Assembly (NCBI GenBank): GCA_041650835.1
Contig: JBAZKL010000001.1
Span: 637,617-701,616 of the forward strand
Source of the DNA: Candidatus Omnitrophota bacterium
Lineage (GTDB): Bacteria > Omnitrophota > Gorgyraeia > Gygaellales > Profunditerraquicolaceae
Direction of reading: 5' to 3'
Length of the DNA stretch: 64,000 bases
A program made the position numbers and the translations under genes. The first letter of the stretch is position 1. Every line of letters starts with the position of its first letter. Below, one piece after another: positions 59,832-64,000 of this stretch. The notes below the pieces were generated by a model. It was not told where the DNA came from, did not search any database, and was given only the letters and a program-made list of their open reading frames with translations.

Positions 59832-60389
59832 TTACGATTTCATCAGCATTAACGCTTCTGAACGCGTCTTCTGATTATCCTCGAATATTCCCCGTACCGC
59901 AGACGTAACCGTAAACGTCCCCGGTTTCCTTACTCCCCGCATCGACATGCATAAATGCTCCGCTTCGATCACTACCATCACACCTAAAGGCTTAAGCTTT
60001 CTCATAATGATCTCGGCGACCTGCGTCGTCAAGCGCTCCTGGACCTGCGGCCTGCGGGATAAAATATCAACCACGCGCGCCAGCTTACTCAAACCGGTAA
60101 CCCTGCCGTGTTTCGGGATATACGCGATATGCGCTTTACCCATAAAAGGCAAAAGATGGTGTTCGCAAACGCTATAGAGCGGGATATCCTTAAGCAAAAC
60201 GATCTCACTGTGCTTCTGGTCCAGGATAACTTCCATTTCTTCTTCCGGATCCTGGGTGATCCCGGCAAATATTTCCCCGTACATTTCCGCGACGCGACGG
60301 GGAGTATCCATAAGGTCTTTTCTCCTGGGGTTTTCGCCGATCGCTTCAAGTATATCCCTGACCGCCTTTTCAATTTTTTTTACATCCAT
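59832..60389 (-). CDS. folE: GTP cyclohydrolase I
   Basis: [22 protein letters not shown] motif. The start is at MDVKKIEK, preceded by a GAGGTG RBS. The longer track ORF extends spuriously into mnmE. Confidence 0.9.
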   Translation of the reverse strand: MDVKKIEKAVRDILEAIGENPRRKDLMDTPRRVAEMYGEIFAGITQDPEEEMEVILDQKHSEIVLLKDIPLYSVCEHHLLPFMGKAHIAYIPKHGRVTGLSKLARVVDILSRRPQVQERLTTQVAEIIMRKLKPLGVMVVIEAEHLCMSMRGVRKPGTFTVTSAVRGIFEDNQKTRSEALMLMKS

Positions 60390-60402
60390 ATACACCTCAC
60401 TT

Positions 60403-61854
60403 TTACTTACCGACGCAAAACTCGCTGAAAATCTTTTCCAGGAGGTTTTCCGAGAAGCATTTCCCGAGCAGCTCATCCAGGCGGGATAACGCCTCCTTAA
60501 TATCTTGAGCGACATACTCAAGCGATAAACCTTCACGCGAAGAAGAGAGCGCTCCCTTGATGCTGCGCTGCGCCTGGAGCACTGCCTGCTGGCGACGCGT
60601 ATTAATAAAGGACCCGGATCCACCGGCAGACACCCTTCCGGTCTTAACCAATTCCTCGATCATACGCTCCAAAAGATTTATATTCCGGGACCGCTTCGCG
60701 GAAACAGAAACATGAAAGGGGAATCGCTTTATGACCGCCTGCTCCTGGATACGGGTTTTCAGGTCAATTTTATTAAAGACCGCGATAGCCGTCTTATTTC
60801 TCTTAAGCACGGCGCGCATGAAGGCTTCATCCTCCGCGCGCAATCGCCGAGCCGCGTCAAAAACCGCGATAATCAGGTCGGCATCGTCAATGCTCCGGCG
60901 GCTGCGCTCCACGGCTTTCTTTTCGATCAGGTCACGCGGCTCAATGATCCCGGCAGTATCAACGATCCTTACCGGGATACCCTTAATATCGACGACCTCT
61001 TCGATAACATCCCTGGTAGTTCCGGCGACGGAAGTCACGATAGAACGCTCTTTTCTTAACAGGGCGTTCAAGAGGGAAGATTTGCCGGCATTAGGCATCC
61101 CGCAAATAACCGTATGGATGCCTTCGCGGTAGACCTGTCCGTGCCTTGCTTCTTCAAACATACGGCCGAGGCGCGACGCGCAATCCTCCAGCCCGCGAAG
61201 AATTTCTTTTTTCCCCGGTTCCCCGAGATCTTCTTCCGGGAAATCGATCTGCGCTTCAATAACCGCCAGGACCTTAAACATATCATCCCGGAGAGAATTG
61301 ATCTGCCGGGAGAAAGATCCCTCCAGCTGCCGGAGGCCGAGCTTCAAGGCGGAATCGGTCTTTGCTTTAATAATATCCAGGACAGCCTCTGCCTGAGACA
61401 GGTCAATCCTTCCGTTTAAGAACGCCCGTTTGGTAAATTCCCCGGGTTCCGCTAAACGGCAACTCTTTTCTAAGACAACATCTAAAACTGCCCGCGCGGC
61501 AACATAACCTCCATGACAGCTGATCTCCACGACATCTTCCCTCGTATAGCTTTTCGGGGAACGCATCACGGTGAGGATGGCCTCATCGATAATATTTTCT
61601 TTCAGGGCAGATGGTTTATAAGAAAGGCCCATTCCCTGCGGTGGCTTGGAAACGGGCTTATCCGCGACAACCCATCCATAATGGACCGTGTAACTTTTGC
61701 ATTGCGAAGGCTTAACCGCGCTTTGAGCGACAAAAACACTATCGGCGACCGCCAAGGCCTGCGGGCCGCTTATTTTAATAATACCGATCGCCGATTCGCC
61801 CGCGGCTGTAGCTATCGCGGCTATCGTATCTTTCAGAGAAGACTTCGAAACCAT
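60403..61854 (-). CDS. mnmE: tRNA modification GTPase MnmE (TrmE)
   Basis: G1 [15 protein letters not shown]-domain blocks and a C-terminal ...FCVGK tail. Confidence 0.9.
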   Translation of the reverse strand: MVSKSSLKDTIAAIATAAGESAIGIIKISGPQALAVADSVFVAQSAVKPSQCKSYTVHYGWVVADKPVSKPPQGMGLSYKPSALKENIIDEAILTVMRSPKSYTREDVVEISCHGGYVAARAVLDVVLEKSCRLAEPGEFTKRAFLNGRIDLSQAEAVLDIIKAKTDSALKLGLRQLEGSFSRQINSLRDDMFKVLAVIEAQIDFPEEDLGEPGKKEILRGLEDCASRLGRMFEEARHGQVYREGIHTVICGMPNAGKSSLLNALLRKERSIVTSVAGTTRDVIEEVVDIKGIPVRIVDTAGIIEPRDLIEKKAVERSRRSIDDADLIIAVFDAARRLRAEDEAFMRAVLKRNKTAIAVFNKIDLKTRIQEQAVIKRFPFHVSVSAKRSRNINLLERMIEELVKTGRVSAGGSGSFINTRRQQAVLQAQRSIKGALSSSREGLSLEYVAQDIKEALSRLDELLGKCFSENLLEKIFSEFCVGK

Positions 61855-61992
61855 ATCTCTATGTTCAAATTATAAATCCAATGGAATTAAAATAAAAATT
61901 ATTTATAAAACTCTTTACTATCTTATTAAAATTAATTACCGGGAATTATTTCCCTTCATAAATAAAACCATAGGCCTTCGATATATCCGTCA

Positions 61993-62700
61993 TTATACCG
62001 CCCTCAAGACCCGGGAAACTCCCATTAGATCCGCTTTTTCCAATTCAACGCCCGTCCTGAAATTATCCGGCCCTTCCAAATTCGACCACGCGACAGAGCC
62101 CCGGGTGTAAAGCGGCTGCCCCTGGTCAGGAACAGAAAGCCACATCTCAAGCGGCGTATGCGGAGGGTACCAATCCCTCGTCATTAAACCCAGACCTTTA
62201 GCACTGATGTCCTGCACCTCGGCGCCGTCTTCCTTATTGGAATCCAACGCTAAAAGCTTTAACGATAAATTAACCGAAAACCGCTCAAAAGTCCTTTTAT
62301 CATCGAAACCTTCTTCGCGCATAACAGTACCTCCTCCTTTTTTAACATCATCCCTCCACCACTGCCGGTTAAGCTGGCCGGAATATTGCTTTAGGATAAA
62401 TTGATAGAGACGCTCCTTATCATGATCTTTAAGGGTTTTGAAGCAAAAACCATACACGGTAGAATCAAGGACGCGCTTCTGCCATAAGATCCAGAGTTCC
62501 GCTTCAATAATAAACCCCTCAGAAATCATTATATGCATTTTTAAGAATTTATCCAGCACTAAATGTTTTTTTAGGGCAATACTGCCTCCTTTAAAATTAA
62601 TATCCCTAACCTGCGCATCAGCATATACATAAGCCCCTTCCAATTTTATTTTGCAATCTTTATTGATCTGCCACCTTGTCAGATGCCTGCGCTCTTCCAT
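61993..62700 (-). CDS. tandem PilZ-domain protein (YcgR-like arrangement without a flagellar N-domain)
   Basis: The second PilZ has DKRTFER (RxxxR) and DISAKGLGL (DxSxxG). The first half is PilZ-like but degenerate. Confidence 0.5.
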   Translation of the reverse strand: MEERRHLTRWQINKDCKIKLEGAYVYADAQVRDINFKGGSIALKKHLVLDKFLKMHIMISEGFIIEAELWILWQKRVLDSTVYGFCFKTLKDHDKERLYQFILKQYSGQLNRQWWRDDVKKGGGTVMREEGFDDKRTFERFSVNLSLKLLALDSNKEDGAEVQDISAKGLGLMTRDWYPPHTPLEMWLSVPDQGQPLYTRGSVAWSNLEGPDNFRTGVELEKADLMGVSRVLRAV

Positions 62701-62752
62701 AGTAACCTCACCTCACCTTTCTTTTTAGTTTTGATATTCAACATAAGGAATA

Positions 62753-63982
62753 TCATCGCGCTCCCGCGATAACCGGCAGGGGCTTTTCCACAGCCCTCTG
62801 CCGTGTTATCGTATAAGTTATCGGCCGCATCGGATCACTCCTGAAGTTTAACCGGTCATGCCCGATCGGCGCATAAGCCTTTTTGCTTATAGTGCCGAAA
62901 GAAAATAACGGAAAACTTTTTCCGGTTTGCACCATGTGCTCCTTTTGTTTTGCCAGCGCGGAAGACGCGGTCTCCGGAGGACTTTGAGCCTTAATGGATC
63001 TTATCCTCCAGGCCAATGTTTCAATCTCGGCTAAGAATGCGCTGCGCATAAAAGGCGTAACCAGGATCACCGCGTCAGACGGCAGGTCTTCCATTAATTT
63101 CAGCCGTTTCGCTATTCTTTTTCTTAACAGGATACCGGACGCTTCATCGGTATCCGCGTACGCCGCGTGCGCGCGAAGCTGCTCATAGACCATTTCCGCG
63201 CGCTCCCTGAACTTACGGATGATTTCTTTATCGCGCTCCAAAGAGATCATCTCAACATCCCAATCCCGCATCGCTTCATTCACGCCGCCAAGGAGCGTTT
63301 CGATACCGGTCGACGGGCCGAAGCGCCGCGTAAAATCCCGGGCACTTTCCTGCCACTGCCGGAATAAAGAAGGGACACTGACCAATTCATAATACTCCTC
63401 TTCTTTTATTTCCTGCGGCGCCTTGATCCGGCGTAATGCCTCCTCAAAAACAGCCGAAATATTTTTATGGTCATGCAGCAGGCTCTCCTCAGAGCTGCGG
63501 CGTTCCTTCTCCCGGCAGATAGTATCGATCGCCGGTTCATCCTTAAAACGCCCCTGCCAGGACCGATATATTTCAAAAGGATGGCCGAAGAGCAACCCTT
63601 CAACCCGCTGCTGCAACAAAGGTGTCAACGCGTGGCGTAAACGCCAAAGCCCGCCAAGATAAAGTATCTGTTCCAGCGTCCAATTACGCACGGCTCTCTT
63701 TTGTATAGCCGATAACGCTTTGAACGCGAGCGACGGCATAAGGCAAAGCATCGTATGCAGCTCTTGGCGATGGCGCGTCTGAATATCGACATATTTAAGC
63801 TCATGGCGCAAGCGTTCGTGTTTATTAAGGTAGCGGATATACTCCTCGTGGATAGTCAGAGATGCCGCCATCAAGACCGCGCGGGGATATTCCAGTTCCA
63901 GGCGCTTGCGCGTATCCGGATATTCCTGAAGCGCTATTTTTTCAAGTGTTCTTTTGTCAGCGTTCCCCAAGAGCTGCTGCAT
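62753..63982 (-). CDS. hypothetical protein
   Basis: 409 aa ORF with no motif I recognise. The start is near the window end. Confidence 0.35.
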   Translation of the reverse strand: MQQLLGNADKRTLEKIALQEYPDTRKRLELEYPRAVLMAASLTIHEEYIRYLNKHERLRHELKYVDIQTRHRQELHTMLCLMPSLAFKALSAIQKRAVRNWTLEQILYLGGLWRLRHALTPLLQQRVEGLLFGHPFEIYRSWQGRFKDEPAIDTICREKERRSSEESLLHDHKNISAVFEEALRRIKAPQEIKEEEYYELVSVPSLFRQWQESARDFTRRFGPSTGIETLLGGVNEAMRDWDVEMISLERDKEIIRKFRERAEMVYEQLRAHAAYADTDEASGILLRKRIAKRLKLMEDLPSDAVILVTPFMRSAFLAEIETLAWRIRSIKAQSPPETASSALAKQKEHMVQTGKSFPLFSFGTISKKAYAPIGHDRLNFRSDPMRPITYTITRQRAVEKPLPVIAGAR

Positions 63983-64000
63983 CCAGCTGCGATGATCATC

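Noticed and set aside
59832-60623. Extended 263 aa FolE ORF
   Set aside because: The first 78 codons overlap the 3' end of mnmE and encode an Arg/Ser-rich low-complexity peptide. The canonical FolE start MDVKKIEK, with a strong RBS, is at 60389.

Overview
Bacterial chromosomal segment of 64 kb from a Gram-negative (diderm) organism. Most genes are on the minus strand and GC is about 50 percent. No rRNA, tRNA or CRISPR array was recognised. Housekeeping genes I recognise are tex, accA, comM, folE, mnmE, an aldehyde dehydrogenase and an FKBP PPIase. There is a 3-gene methionine-salvage (DHAP-shunt-like) cluster: nucleoside phosphorylase, MtnA and a class II aldolase. An RND/MFP/TolC efflux operon sits next to a MarR regulator. 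A signalling neighbourhood holds four single-domain CheY-like receivers, four PilZ proteins, a PAS histidine kinase and a ComFB-CheR fusion. A cell-envelope locus encodes UbiA-like, GT-C-like and sulfatase-like proteins plus two divergently transcribed FGE-sulfatase-domain proteins. The most striking coding feature is a minus-strand type II polyketide-synthase-like cluster at about 15.6-25.7 kb. It encodes an active KS-alpha translationally coupled to an inactive KS-beta/CLF, an ACP, a B12-binding radical SAM enzyme, three cyclase-type proteins, an SDR, a KPR-family reductase and an MFS exporter. Conserved structured repeat elements lie in its intercistronic spacers. The most striking non-coding feature is a roughly 340 bp array of at least 8 stem-loops at 36.0-36.4 kb. 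The stems vary with compensatory changes and the loops are conserved, showing GGA on the minus strand, which fits a CsrB/RsmZ-like protein-sequestering sRNA. Also present are a RAYT (IS200-like tyrosine transposase) gene flanked by GTGACTGTCACC REP palindromes, and several other structured intergenic elements.
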